Positions 47,660 to 60,692 of a DNA stretch of 64,000 nt are shown piece after piece. Below the pieces are notes generated by a model that worked only from the letters and a program-made list of their open reading frames with translations, was not told the origin of the DNA and did not search any database. The DNA is taken from positions 26,102,001 to 26,166,000 of the forward strand of contig NC_047062.1 in NCBI RefSeq assembly GCF_902459465.1. The letters run 5' to 3'. The DNA is from Asterias rubens. Taxonomy: Eukaryota. Positions within the stretch are counted from its first letter, which is position 1. Each line of letters opens with the position of its first letter. Made by a program: the position numbers and the translations under genes.

Positions 47660-48272
47660 GTGAGAACCCTTTCTCTTCTCACAAGAGTTTATTCATGTAA
47701 CAGATTCTGTCTCTGGAAAACGAAGTAGAGACATAGAAAAGTGCAAAACACAATTTCAGGGTAAATGTTACAAGGCCTGGGCGACTCAAGTGCCAAGGGT
47801 CGTAGTCTTGACTTAGATCATTAGTTGACTACCGTTTTTCCAACTACTTGGATAATTGTGCTGTCGCGACTACTACAAACAATATTGTGCAATTCTTTCA
47901 TTATTTTCTTGCAACTTCGCTGACCAATTTAGCCCAAATTTGTTATACAAATTTGTTATGCATATGTTGGGATGCACCAAGGGAGAGTACTGGTCTAAGA
48001 CAAACGTGTCCAGCTCACGATTTCACAAAACTCTTTCTTACTTAGGATTAATCTTATGACTTAGGATGAGTCCCAACCCTGCACTGTAGCATGTAGACCT
48101 TAAATCCTAAAACTCGAGATAAGACGAGTCCTAACTCTTTGTGAAATCGAAGGCAGCGCCTTTAAGGTGTAGGGGGGCGGTGCTGAAGAAGTGTACAGTT
48201 TTTATGCTTGTGAGTTGTCAATAATTTTGAACGGCCCCCTAAATAATGTTATTTGAAATTTCTCTGTTCTAG

Positions 48273-48470
48273 GATTTAACAGATGAGTTCCGGATAAATT
48301 ATGCCAATTTTTGGCAGTCGATTATGGCAGCTGATATAGATGGGATCAAGAAGTACAGCACAGCATTGGGTGCTGGGGACATGTACGGATTGTTTGCCTG
48401 CATGCTGACTGCCAGAAGCTGGGACACGGTCACAACAGGAATTGACAAGGTTGCCCAAACTGCAGAAGAG
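48273..48470 (+). CDS. ADCK1: ADCK1 coding exon 8
   Basis: DLTDEFRINYANFWQSI...LGAGDMYGLFACMLTARSWD...TAEE|gtacaa; 198 nt. Confidence 0.97.
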
Positions 48471-48609
48471 GTACAAATCTAGAGTTTGAAAATGCAATAC
48501 TGAAACATCTTTCTTTAAAGGTAGCAGTGTGCTGTGATATCATATAGAATTGTCTAGGGGGGGAGGGGATTGATACTGGTATGATTAACTTTAAAATGAG
48601 TGAACTTTT

Positions 48610-48800
48610 ATATTGGTGTGTCGTGGGGATAAAAGCATCGAACTTCAGCTTTGCTGTTTCTGATCTGTGGAGTTTGGGTTTGAGTCCCGGTCGTGACACT
48701 TTTGTCCTTAAGCTTGCCACTTAACCCTTATTGTTTTATCTTCAGGGCGAGACCTAAAACCTCAGGTCATGTGTAATGTGGAAACGCACATGAAATAAGC
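48610..48800 (+). mobile_element. tRNA-derived SINE (degenerate)
   Basis: gggtttgagtcccggtcgtgacac...gtccttaagc..gccacttaacc...gtgtaatg. Confidence 0.55.
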
Positions 48801-48898
48801 CAATGACTCATCAAAATTAAAGGGTTTCTTCCCAGTGTTTCTTGATTGATCAGCAGCACTTTGCGCCACAGAACCTTGTAAACCATTACATACTTTAA

Positions 48899-49264
48899 AG
48901 CCATTGGACCCTTTCGGTAAACAGTATTGTCCAAGGCCCACACTTCGTGTATCACAACTTCTATATCAAATAACAAACCTGTGAAAATTTAGGCTCAATT
49001 GTTCATCGGAGTCGGGAAATAATAACGGGAAAACCCACCCTTGTTTCCGCGCGTTTCGCTGTGTCATGACATGTGATTTAAATAAATCAGTAATTCTCGC
49101 TATCGAGAATTTATATTGTTTTACTGTTTTCTCAAAAAGTAAAGAATTTCATGGAGTAATATTTCAAGAGAAGTCTTTCACCACTACCTTCTGTAAACCC
49201 TGTAAGTTATTTGTAAATCTGTGAACTTTTAATTTTTTTTCTATACCGAAAGGGTCCAATGGCT
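48899..49264. mobile_element. TTAA MITE family C
   Basis: TIR AGCCATTGGACCCTTTCGGTA / TACCGAAAGGGTCCAATGGCT, TTAA on both sides. Confidence 0.88.
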
Positions 49265-49543
49265 TTAAGGTGGTCTCCAAGGAGTTGGAGAGTGAGAGAA
49301 ATCTTAACCGGTTTTCTTATAACTATGAGATTATTAATGGTTTATTTATTCCACAATATTTAAAAAAAGACACTGGCAGTTAAAAACTGAATTGCTGTCT
49401 TAAATTTACCTTTTTACAGTGAATACAATAAAAAGATAGATAAATATAATTCGACTATACAACACAGAAAACATTAAGTTGCACAAATGACACAAGACCT
49501 CTAATATAATGAGATGATTCATAGCAACATTCTCATTATACAG

Positions 49544-49906
49544 CAAGAAGAGATCCAGAAGAACGTTTCCATGTACATCCCGGAGATCTCCAGCATCCTC
49601 AACAGCATCCCTCGCCAGATGTTACTTCTCCTCAAGACGAATGATCTGCTCCGCAGCATCGAATTCGCCCTACACAGTCAAAAGAGCGCCAGCTCCTTCA
49701 TAAGCATGTCCAAGTGCTGCGTGCGTGCTCTGGGTGAGAATGAACGCAGGCAGTGCAATGGTTGGTTCTGTAGCTTGAAGGTAGGAATACGACAGCAGGC
49801 TCGGCTCTTAGCTATCAGTGTTTATGAGGTATACACGTGGCTTATCACAACAGCTGTGTATCGATGGATATCAAGGAGGACACTGATGTCACAAATCATC
49901 TCGTGA
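49544..49906 (+). CDS. ADCK1: ADCK1 coding exon 9 (last)
   Basis: QEEIQKNVSMYIPEISSILNSIPRQMLLLLKTNDLLRSIE...SASSFISMSKCCVRAL...*; nine exons total 1614 nt = 537 aa; all introns phase 0, matching the vertebrate ADCK1 layout as recalled. Confidence 0.95.
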   Translation, partial: QEEIQKNVSMYIPEISSILNSIPRQMLLLLKTNDLLRSIEFALHSQKSASSFISMSKCCVRALGENERRQCNGWFCSLKVGIRQQARLLAISVYEVYTWLITTAVYRWISRRTLMSQIIS

Positions 49907-49942
49907 GAGTCGATAGGTTGGAGTCGAGATTTGTTGCTCTTC

Positions 49943-49948
49943 AATAAA
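49943..49948 (+). promoter_or_regulatory. Candidate ADCK1 polyadenylation signal
   Basis: First AATAAA after the stop; motif is common in AT-rich DNA. Confidence 0.35.
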
Positions 49949-50941
49949 GCTGTGCAGAATTACTACAAATCTTTCAACGTCAATGCCACTGAGAACTGTA
50001 TGTATTGAGGCATTATTGAGGTAGCCATACACATTTGGTTTGTGAAAATACCATGTTAATTCTAGTCAATAATATCATGGCATTACGATCCTTTCTACTT
50101 TAATAGTCTGATTTGTAATTCGTTTGCCCTTGGAAAAATTTAGAAAAAGTTCTGACTAAATAGATCATCTATTAAAGTCTGCACCATATGAACATGTAGT
50201 TCAGCCCTTGAGCTCCAAATCGTTTTCCTGCTTTTTTTCAATGAGCAAATATCATGCCTGATTATCGCATGGTGTTACCGCAAACCAAATGTGGACTGGG
50301 CAATCCTGACAGCAAAAGATAATCAATAGTCAAGTGGCAGGCAGACTCTGTGCACCTTATGAATTGACCCTTCCCATGAAATATGTCAATTACATTCACG
50401 CATAGGTACAGACCCTACTGGTTGGCAAATGCCATATGGTTGCGCACCAAGCAGACGCGCTATCTCATCTGCCTCATGCAGCCATTAACCGTGTACAAAA
50501 CAGCAGGATGTTCCCTCATTTTGCCAAACAAAATGTAGTGTGCACGCGTTATGTGCAGTTTACATAGTTTCATGGGAACGGTCTATTGTTGCATCATGTA
50601 ACCATCATAAGAAGTGAAACAATGATGAAAAATGGCAAGGTACGCGCGACGCACAGGATGGGCAGATGAGCTACCTTCTTTTAATCTCTATCAGGGGGCT
50701 CACTTCTCAAAGAGTTCATTTGCATAAGGACAAAGAAATTAGTGTCGGCAGGTCAGTAATTTTAAACATTTTGTTTTTACTTTATATTTTTTATTGTGTA
50801 CTTGGATGAACTGGGCCTAATTTTATAGAGCTGCGAGTCCAAGCTGCCTTAATAATAATAAGGGGTGGGTTTTGTAATAGAGGAGATGTAAGCAAAGTTA
50901 ATCAGGCTCTAGGCTGCAAAAAGAAGAGGTATGACAATTAA

Positions 50942-51708
50942 AGGCAGTGGACACTATTTGTAATTACTCAAAATAATTATTAGCATTAAAGGAACACGTT
51001 GCCTTGGATCGGACAAGTTGGTCTATTAAAAGTGTTTGAAACCGTTTGTTATGAAATGCATATGGTTATAAAGATATTTTAAAAGTAGAATATAATGATC
51101 CACACAAGTATCACTCGAAATTTCGTGGTTTTCCTTTTACGTCACGAAGTATCACGGTTGGCCATTTATTTGAGTAAAAAAAATTGACTTCCATAAATGG
51201 CCAAACGTGTTAGTCGACAGGGTAAAAAGAAAACCACGCAATTTCGAGGCATATTGTGTAGATTATTGTATTCTACTTTTACAATATCTTTCTAACCATA
51301 CATTTCTAAAAATATGCATTTTACAACAAACTGCTTTTCAAAGACCAACTCGACCGATCCAAGGCAACGTGTTCCTTTAAACCTAACTTGGTGACAGTAA
51401 TGGGGAGAGGTTGATAGTATAAAACATTGTGAGAAATGGCTCACTCTGAAGTAACGTAGTTTACAAGAAAGAAGTAATTTCCCACGAATTTGATTTGAGA
51501 CCTCAGATTTAGAACTAGAGGTCTCGAAATCAAGCATCTGAAAGTACACAACTTAGTGTGCCAAGGTAGTTTTTTCTTTCATTATTATCTTGCAACTTCA
51601 ACGACCGATTGAACTCAAATTTTCACAGGTTTGTTATTTTATGCATATGTGGAGATACACCAACTGTGAAGACTAGTCTTTGACACTTACCAATAGTGTC
51701 CACTGTCT
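50942..51708. mobile_element. TTAA MITE family A interrupted by family B
   Basis: Family A TIRs with TTAA flanks; family B inserted at an internal TTAA. Confidence 0.88.
50990..51376. mobile_element. TTAA MITE family B, nested
   Basis: TIR AGGAACACGTTGCCTTGGATCGG; TTAA at 50986-50989 and 51377-51380. Confidence 0.9.
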
Positions 51709-52627
51709 TTAAGGTGCTATTTATGTTGCATGTTTGTCACTTTTCCCATTTTTTTTTATTTTTTGCAAAAAATGTTACATTATGCTTCCAATCACAGTAT
51801 TGGTAACTAAATGGTATTTTGGCCGGTAACCTTTTCTCTTAACCACGAGTTTTCCTGCTTAAAAAGTTGTGCTTACATGCTTTATGAAGTTGGGCCAAGT
51901 ATTATTCTAAGAGGAATTCTTTTTCTGGGAACTTTTATTTTATTGACCATTTTATTGGGTGGGTCATACTTGTAAGGGTTAGTTACATTGCAAAAAGTCT
52001 AGTTGAGGGATTGAGTTATTTTTTAATTTGTGGGTCAGTGTGATGCTATGTCAAGTCACAAACTATTGTTTTAGTTTGTTTTAACAGTATTTTTGACATA
52101 TTGACTTAAATATTGATATTATTTAATGTAAAGTTCTAATTTTACTTGATGTTTTTATACAATGCTTTCCTTTGCAAAGCTATCGTGTTTGACATGGTGT
52201 AACCGTGTATAGATATTTTATTAAAGAAATAATTAAATAGATAATTAAATCCCAACTGATAGTATCCTATAAAAACAATGGATTCTGACAAAATGTTTAA
52301 TACTTTGGACTTGCCCTCTAGGAAAGGATAAGATTGTGTTTATTTGATCTTGCCATTTTCGCAGGCAGAAGTGGTTGAGAGCCTGCATATCCTACCAGTG
52401 TATCTGCAGGGAATGATTAGTTGATTTCAAAGACATGTACAATATAAGTAATACCAAACAAACCTGGAACACCAATTTTTCTGGTCAAATCTTCCCATCA
52501 AAATCTACAGGGTTTTAAAACTTGAAGTTGAAAAACATTGACCTGTGGTGAGTTAGAATTGCAGCCTATCTCTTGGTGATGATCAGAGCAGGCTGATTGG
52601 AAATTATATCACATGAGGCAATCAAGG

Positions 52628-53512
52628 TTATCTCAGATCATGGCAATCTCGAATCAACTTAATCTAAGATCCTGGCAGTGATCTCAGATCCAGGCAATGA
52701 TCTCAGATCCAGGCAATGATCTTAGATCTAGACAAGGTTCATAGGTCATGTCAATGATCTCAGATCCAGGCAATGGGTTCAGATCTAGACAATGATCTCA
52801 GATCCAGGCTATGATCTCAGATTTAGACAATGATCTCAGATTCAGACAATGATCTCAGATCTAGACAATGATCTCAGATCTAGACATGATCTCAGATCAA
52901 GGCAATGAGTTCAGATCTAGGCAATGATCTCAGATCCAGGCAATGATCTCTGATCTAGACATGATCTCAGATCTAGGCAATGATCTCAGATCTAAACAAT
53001 GATCTCAGATCCAGACGATGATATTAGATCCAGGCAATGATCTCAGATCCAGGCAATGATCTCAGATCCAGGCAATGATCTCTGATCAAGACATGATCTC
53101 AGATCTAGGCAATGATCTCAGATCTAAACAATGATCTCAGATCCAGACGATGATCTCAGATCCAGGCAATGATCTCAGATCCAGACGATGATCTCAGAAC
53201 TAGACAATGTTCATAGGTCCTGGCAATGATCTCGGATCCAGGCAATGAGTTCAGATTCAGGCAATGATCTCAGATCTGAGCAATGATCTCAGATCCAGGC
53301 AATGATCTCAGATCTAGGCAATGATCTCAGATCTAGGCAATAATCGCAGATCTAGACAATGTTCATAGGTCCTGGTAATTATCTCAGATCCAGGCAATGA
53401 TCTCAGATCTAGGCAATGATCTAAGATCCTGGCACTGATTTCAGATCAAGACAATGATCTTAGATCTAGACAATGATCTCAGATCAAGACAAAGATCTCG
53501 GATTCTGGCAGT
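52628..53512. repeat. ~19-bp minisatellite, ~45 copies
   Basis: Unit aatGATCtcaGATCcaggc / aatGATCtcaGATCtagac. Confidence 0.95.
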
Positions 53513-54400
53513 CTCAAATCCAGATATGTATCATTTATTTTAAATCATAATGCAATTGTTGTCCACGCGGTTTTACTATTTTGCAATTTGGTGATTTAAA
53601 AAATATTTTATAAATACATGTATTATCCAATCGTTGGTATTTTTATTGTGAAAATATAAATACTACGATTTCACCAAAGACTCATAAATAAATTTGTGTT
53701 CAGAGTATTCTTGTGTATTTATAAAGCTGTGTTTATAGAGCTACATTATATATTTATGAATTAAACTGTGAATGGTTTTAACAACAATGGTATTAAATAA
53801 CTTTGTTTAAATCTATTTCTACGCGTGTTCACAGTAAAAACAAGTGAAGGAAATGGGATGACGGTGTCGTTAGTATAACCTTTATATTTTTTACTTCACT
53901 CCGGGTTGACCCAACGGTCGTTATGAGGTCCTTAAAACCCCTAAGAGCGTGGTAGCTTCTCAATTTATCCCGACGCTTGGCAGTACCAATATTTATATCC
54001 ACACAATCCAAGATATGGTACCATTTTGTTCATTTCCCAAAAATTTGCAAGAAATGACCTCCTAAAAAGCCCAGCTGTTGTCTATGATATGATCATGTGA
54101 CCCCTTTCTTCTTTGTTTAATTAATTACAGACTGCACACAGCTTATCAGGAGAGGGTTAGACGTTGGTATGTCTGTATTTGACATGGGATAGTATAACGT
54201 GCTTTTAGTACATGAGTGAGAATAATAATATGCCCTCAGAAAAAAAAAACTACTCGAGACCTGACCCCCCCCTCCCCCTGACATATGTGACACGTGTAGT
54301 CTAGGATATCAATGAATATGACTCCCCAGGTCATTACACTTTGGATAAATCGCTTGATCAGAACATTGGACGATAAACGAACGAACAAAACCAAACGAGG

Positions 54401-54408
54401 AAAAAAAA
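54401..54408 (-). terminator. Pol III terminator (T8) of tRNA-Tyr
   Basis: T8 on the minus strand 7 nt after the tRNA 3' end. Confidence 0.85.
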
Positions 54409-54415
54409 TGAAAGC

Positions 54416-54506
54416 TCCTTCGAGCCGGATTTGAACCAGCGACCTATGGATTTCAAGTCTGGTTTCTTACTACAGTCCACCGCTCTACCAACTGAGCTAT
54501 CGAAGG
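54416..54506 (-). tRNA. tRNA-Tyr-GTA: tRNA-Tyr(GTA) with 18-nt intron (54452-54469)
   Basis: CCTTCGATAGCTCAGTTGGTAGAGCGGTGGACTGTAG[taagaaaccagacttgaa]ATCCATAGGTCGCTGGTTCAAATCCGGCTCGAAGGA; 73-nt mature cloverleaf, intron after position 37. Confidence 0.97.
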
Positions 54507-55197
54507 TTCATCCTTTATCCTTGTTATCTTTGACATAAGCTGTTAGTTTTCAATATGTTGCGCAACCGTGGCCTATATGAAGGTGGACTTTCACCCTTTC
54601 AAAAAGAAGATATCAAATAAACCAGAATCAGTTATCTGCAAAATATTGTAACAAATTCCAAACATACACACAGGAAAGTGCAATGAATTTATTATTAAGC
54701 CAGTGGGAAGTTTGTTTGGCCCTACAGTTAATATCATTTTATAGTCTCCGTAACTTAAGGCCTGAATGAAATTTCAGCAAAGGTATAAATTAAAACAGAA
54801 TAGAAAGAATACAATAGCAAGGCCGACCAGTTTCACTGTTTTTGAATTGTTCTTTATTTGTGTGACTTTTACAACCAATAAACATGATTAGAAGTTGTGT
54901 AAATACATAGGCCCCTATATGCCCAGTGACAACTTTATGTACCGCAAAAAAAATTACCTGAACTCTATCACGACAAAGGGTGGGGTACATTGCTTTTAAC
55001 CAAATTTTACAGCTAGGTCAATTACTACACATGGTGTGTGTTTTCCTAAAAATTATCTATGTGTCATAATCATTAAAAAAAAAAAGAAGACAAAAAATTA
55101 AACTATTACCTTGACAACTGTTTATTTTAACCCCGGTATTATGTTGTTGTTGTTTTTTTTTTTTCATTTATTTTATACTTTTATAATCTTAAGTTAA

Positions 55198-55566
55198 AGG
55201 AACTGGACACTATTTGTAACTACTCAAAATAATTGTTGGTTAACAAACTTATTTGGTAACGAGCAACGGAGAGCTGTTGATAGTATAAAACATTGTGAGA
55301 AATGCCTCCCTCTGAAGTAACGTAGTTTTTGAGAAAGCATTATATTCTCACTGTAATAATATTTGAATTTGAATTCGAGACCTCAGCTGAGGTATCAAAT
55401 TCAAACATCTGAAAGCACACAACTTCGTGTGACAAGGCTGGTTTTTCTTTCATTATTCTCTCGCAACTTCGATGACCAATTGAGTTCAAATTTTCACGGG
55501 TTTGTTATTTTTGCATATGTTGAGATACACCAAGTGAGAAGACTGGTCTTTGACAATTCCAGTGCC
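55198..55566. mobile_element. TTAA MITE family A (diverged)
   Basis: Internal sequence matches 16426-16807 in reverse; TTAA flanks. Confidence 0.8.
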
Positions 55567-56102
55567 TTAATACAAATTATTGATAAAATTCACAAAAAGA
55601 TATTTTGAAGTATAAAAAGCACTTATGATAAGTTAAATGGCTGCCAAAATTTACAACCGTTGTTGATTCAGTTGAACGTGAGAAGCATACATTGAGAATC
55701 ATTGTGTCCGTATTTCTAAGCCAGAAACTACTAATTTAATATGGCTGTCAGAATGTAAAGCCGTATTGAATTGTATTTTGTTCATAGTTGGGAAATGGGT
55801 CACTCTGTGCAACCAAAATGTAATAATTTAAAAAAAGAAGTGCAGCTGGCATGTGGAATCTATTCTTTCCGGTAAAATAACAAGTACAAGCCCTCGCATC
55901 CAAAACATGACAACGGTCTTTCATCCCAAATGAGTCCATTGTCGTCTACAGACGTAAAAGCTTTCATGTGAAGGTTTAAGAAGGGTTGATTTACTTTTTT
56001 GAACGATTTGTGTATGCATTTGTTTAATTTTGTTACATTTAAAAAAAAATTGTTTGGGGGGTGGTGTTTCCTGTGATATTTTAAGTTTATTTGTTTGCTT
56101 AA

Positions 56103-56468
56103 AGCCATTGGACACTTTCGGTAAACAGTATTGTCCAAGGCCCACACTTCGTGTATCACAACTTACATATAAAATAACAAACCTGTGAACACTATTAGGC
56201 TCAATTGGTCATCAGAGTCGGGAGAAAATAACGGGAAACCCACCCTTGTTTCCGCACGTTTCGCCGTGTCATGACATGTGTTTTAAATAAATCCGTAATT
56301 CTCGATATCGAGAATTGATATTGTTTTAATGTTTTCTCAAAAAGTAAAGTATTTCATGGAATAATATTTCAAGAGAAGTCTTTCACCATTACCTTCTGTA
56401 CACACTGTAAGTTATTTGTAAATCTGTGAACCTTAAAATAAATTATGTTCCGAAAGTGTCCAAAGGCT
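56103..56468. mobile_element. TTAA MITE family C (first of a chain of three)
   Basis: AGCCATTGGACACTTTCGG ... CCGAAAGTGTCCAAAGGCT. Confidence 0.88.
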
Positions 56469-56472
56469 TTAA

Positions 56473-56763
56473 AGGATAGAATTGGTAAGAAACAAAAATC
56501 GTGAAGATAACAGATTTACATAAAACTTACACGGTCTAATGGTAATGATAGTTGAAAACATCCCATGAAATATTTCTGTCTGAAATGTCATATTTGATGA
56601 GAAATAAATAATCTAACTTCGCGTTTGGGGTTTATCGCTCAGTGAGCGTTTAAAAAAAAAACTTCCACAGGTTTGTCAGTTAATGTACAATGGTGGATTA
56701 CATAAAGTGTTTACACTGCCAACAACTATTTGTTTGAGCAAAAACCAATTCTGTCATGTTCCT
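56473..56763. mobile_element. TTAA MITE family D (middle of the chain)
   Basis: AGGATAGAATTGGT ... ACCAATTCTGTCATGTTCCT, bounded by TTAA at 56469-56472 and 56764-56767. Confidence 0.7.
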
Positions 56764-57717
56764 TTAAAGTAACACGTTGCCTTGGATCGGACGAGTTGGT
56801 CTATTAAAAGCGTTTGAAACCGTTTGTTATAAAATGCATATGGTTAGAAAGATGTTTTATAAGTAGAATATACTGATCCACACAAGTATCACTCAAAATT
56901 GCACGGTTTTCCTTCAAAATGTTGTGTAAGTCGACGAGGTAAAAAGAAATCCACGCAATTTCGAGTCATATTTGTGAAGATCATTGTATTATACTTTTAC
57001 AATATCTTTCTAACCATATGCATATTATAACAAACGGTTACAGAACGCTTTTCAAAGACCAACTCGACCGATCCAAGGCAACGTGTTCCTTTAAGCGCAC
57101 AGGTACGATCATGAGTACATTTTATTTTACATACAAAGACACGTACAATAAATATTGAGTCACTCTTGCATTCGACTAACTCAAGCACTTAGTTACTATT
57201 CATCATTGAAACAACGATTAATTGATATACAACGAGCATAGGCGATAACTGCTACATCAGTGGTTTTCAGTGATTTTGCCTGTGCACGAATTAACTAAGT
57301 TTGATAACTACAACCTCTTTCCCATACGTCTCTATCTCTCTCTTTTACATAAATATATGTGTCCGACCTTGTTCCTCAAACAGGAAGTTTTATCATGAAA
57401 CAATGTTTTTGCTTGTTCTCAACCATTTTACAATCTTACGGCGCTCTATACAGAATACAGCGCTCCATAATCAACAACAGAACCAAAACAAAAGAAAAGA
57501 AAAGAATACTTTGATACAGAGAGATCATAAGCATACGGGATGAATTAAGTTTTGAGTTGGCACTTGAAGGTCGTAGATGCAACTCCCATAAAAAGCACTC
57601 AGCAACTTTTCCACAATGAGGTGTCCTCAAGCCTTCCTTTACGATGCGCGGAACAGTCGGCAAGGTGACATCAGTAGGTGAGCAAAAGCCCCATGCATCC
57701 TTCAGACCCATCAGCTT
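56581..57717 (+). repeat. Local segmental duplication, copy 1
   Basis: Direct repeat of ~62750-64000 including MITEs and unique-looking flank, with several indels. Confidence 0.93.
56768..57090. mobile_element. TTAA MITE family B (last of the chain, internal deletion)
   Basis: TIRs as at 50990; lacks the internal hairpin present at 63100-63155. Confidence 0.88.
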
Positions 57718-57840
57718 TGTCTCAAGAGCTTTATTCTGTACTAGGTTCTTTAGATCTCTTTTATGCCCCTGTGCCTGTTTATCTCCTGCCTGTCAGCTAG
57801 ACGTTTTAGAGGAATTATCAGTTACTACCTAAGTCAGCTC
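57440..57840 (-). mobile_element. Possible 3' end of a decayed LINE (RTEX-like)
   Basis: Coding-like segment (...VVDC...FLWELH.R in the second copy) followed by a pyrimidine-rich tract and an agagcgcc tail motif; family call is a weak recalled resemblance. Confidence 0.3.
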
Positions 57841-60692
57841 CAATGAGTTATAACCTTGTTTTATAGGCAAACTTGCATATTAAAATTGCTTTTAAAAATT
57901 TCTTTCATTTACCATTATTAATTGACATCTCGATGGATATACACTAAAGATGCCGACAAATTTGTGTACAGTCTTTACAATATAGCCCCCCCCCCCCCCT
58001 GACTCGAGAGTCTAGTTTAGAGAAAACATCCAGGATTTTCACACTTGTTTAACAATGATAACAATTATAAGTATTTAGTTTATGAGTTATAAACAATACA
58101 GCATAATAGTTAGAAATTGTGTAAAATGCATATTATTTCCGAGTGAAAACATTATGTAGGCCCTACTTCAAAATTGCTATAATAATGTTACTTGAACTGT
58201 ATCACCACAGGGGAGGGGTGCTTTGTGGCACACCCCTTCGACAACTTTGCTCACGACCTTTTACTGACTATGTCGATCCATCACTACCACATTTTGTGTA
58301 TTTCCCAATCTAGGGACATGATCATAAACAAGCATAATATCTAAATTGTTACCTATGTTTTCGGTTTGTATTTTTTTTATATCTTAAATTAATATCATAA
58401 TGCATATATATAAATCATACAAAGTGATTTTGAAGTATTACGTGACAATCTAAAAGATCATTATGATAATTTGCAATTATAGCCATTGATGATTTGGGCA
58501 GATACTTTTAACATTAATGTGACCCTTGGATTTTAGAATCCTGTTATAGCAATGTGATACTCTTTTTTTTTAAATGGCTGCCCAATTTGGAAAGCATGTT
58601 AAAAAAACAAGTCTGGATATAAAAATAAAGTGGACATATCAAAATGATGGATAAAATGTGTACTTTAACAACAGCAACAACAACATAAATTGCTTCAACA
58701 CAAACGTACTATGTGCTGATTTTGGAAACATTTGGACACAATTAAAATAATAAATTTGTAAACTTTGATGATTCAAGGAAAGTTTGCGGAAAGTTTCACA
58801 AAAACCGAGTGTGAACTTAGAAAGTAACGGGGGTGACATGGCCCCCAGGTTTGAAAAAGCCCGGTCCTGTTTATAGGCCTATAAGGTTCAGGGGCCTTAT
58901 TCATGAAGCCTTCTTTTTTTAGGCCTTAGTAAGCACTTACGTGTTACTAGTTCGTTCTTAGCGAGTTGCGTCATATTCACGAAGCACTCGTAACTTCAAT
59001 CGAGTGCGTAAGTCCTTACGTGTGCTACGTGGGGTGTTTTCTGCTTCGTAGCGTTTTCTTAAGCCCCTTTTCAACATTCCTGGCCAACATTTTCGGGCGA
59101 ATTGAGCTTTATGTCAATAACAACAACTGTAATATGTTCCACAATCCTTGCGACATTTTCTCAAACATTGCGAAATTTTTGAGAAGTTACCAACCTATTT
59201 TTTATCAATTTTTAATAAATTCTTCTTGAATTTGTATTTTATTTCATCATTATATATTTGATTATTTATTTATTTAATAGTAATAATAATAATGGGCATA
59301 TATGATGCGCCGGTATCCATCTAAAGATGCTCCAGTCACTTTATAAATACTTGTTCTGGACTATGAGATCACGCTCCAGTGAATTACACAACATGATTCA
59401 TGACTGTTCAGCTCAAGCGCATTCCCGTTTAAGAAGGCGTTACGAGAGGTTTAGTAAGTAACGCGGTAGTAAAGCGATACGAATGCTTCGTGCATAACAC
59501 GTAAAGGCTTACTAAAGTCTTACTTAGAGCCACGTAAGTGACCGATTTACGAGGGCTTCATTCGGGTATAAAAACACAAAGGCATCCCGTAGTGTGAAAG
59601 CCAAGGTGCAGTATGGCTCATTAGTTTCGCGTCAGATTATGATGCGCTGTGGCTCAACCTCGTCGCTGCTGGATATTATATTGTTTATAATATGGATTTA
59701 TTTGTCAACTGTGCACAAAAGTGTTAAGTGTAACTGTCAACGGATGCTGATTTGTTGGCGAAAATGGCGATATCTTCAAGGAAGATTAAACAAAAGTCAC
59801 CTGTGAAAGTTTCAAGATTCTTGCAGTAACTTACTAGAATCGTGGTTCAAATTTCAAAAGATCAAAGGCTTAGGCTATTATTTGTGCACAATGTGTGCCC
59901 TTTTCGGTAGTAATAGAATAAGTGAATAAGTCACCAGGAACAATAAATGCATCTCGTTAACGGCTACCGGTAACTAATATTTCATGGCGATTATTTTGTT
60001 ACAAGGATAAAATGAACACAATAGCTTCTCAAGGCTTTTATCTGGCTCAATGCTCATGACTAAAGCAAGTTTTATTTGCAGTAGGTAATTTTCCTGGTCT
60101 TAATTGCAACTCAGTGCCCAATAGCATCGAGCTGCTTAAGCATAAAAAAGTAGCTAAGCACAAAAAAGTTTGCTTTATAGGATAAGGTCACCAGCCAAAA
60201 TACCATGCTATGTGTACTGTTCGTGACTGGTTCCCTGCTTTTTAGCACGCTTAGCATAATTTTAAGCCATTTCCGAGTTAGATTTGAATAATTTATGGTA
60301 CAATGACTCGCTTAGTCACAATTTAAAGCTTTAAAGTTGGGTGATACCAGCACCAAAAAAATCAGTTGTTTTGAAATCAAAGTATGAATTGGCAAACCTG
60401 AATCTCCAAAAAAAAAAAAAATGCTTCATTATGCTGAACGCCAACGGCTCAAAAAGTGTGGCAGGAACCATACCAGAGTTTCTATACTCAGAGTTTGTAC
60501 TTCAAGGAACCAGACTGAATGTTCTATTTATTAATTGTAGAACCAAAAGAAGTCAATTTAAGTTTGTGCCCGCAATCCCGCCTCCAATTGAAGGGGCAAT
60601 TTTTTTTAATGTATTTATTATGTTGTTTTAATTATATTAATTCTTGTACACAGTGTAGCCTGAGATATTCTTTGAACTATCAAACCACTTAA

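Noticed and set aside
35175-48800. Additional tRNA genes at ~35200, ~44980, ~46200, ~48660
   Set aside because: Only B-box-like remnants, no complete cloverleaf or terminator; treated as SINE heads
57436-57711. Hydrophobic stretch ending LLIMERC as a GPCR TM3 (the missing 5' half of the pseudogene)
   Set aside because: Hydrophobicity comes from a T-rich UTR-like tract; the second copy reads IMECC; no TM1/TM2/TM4 motifs
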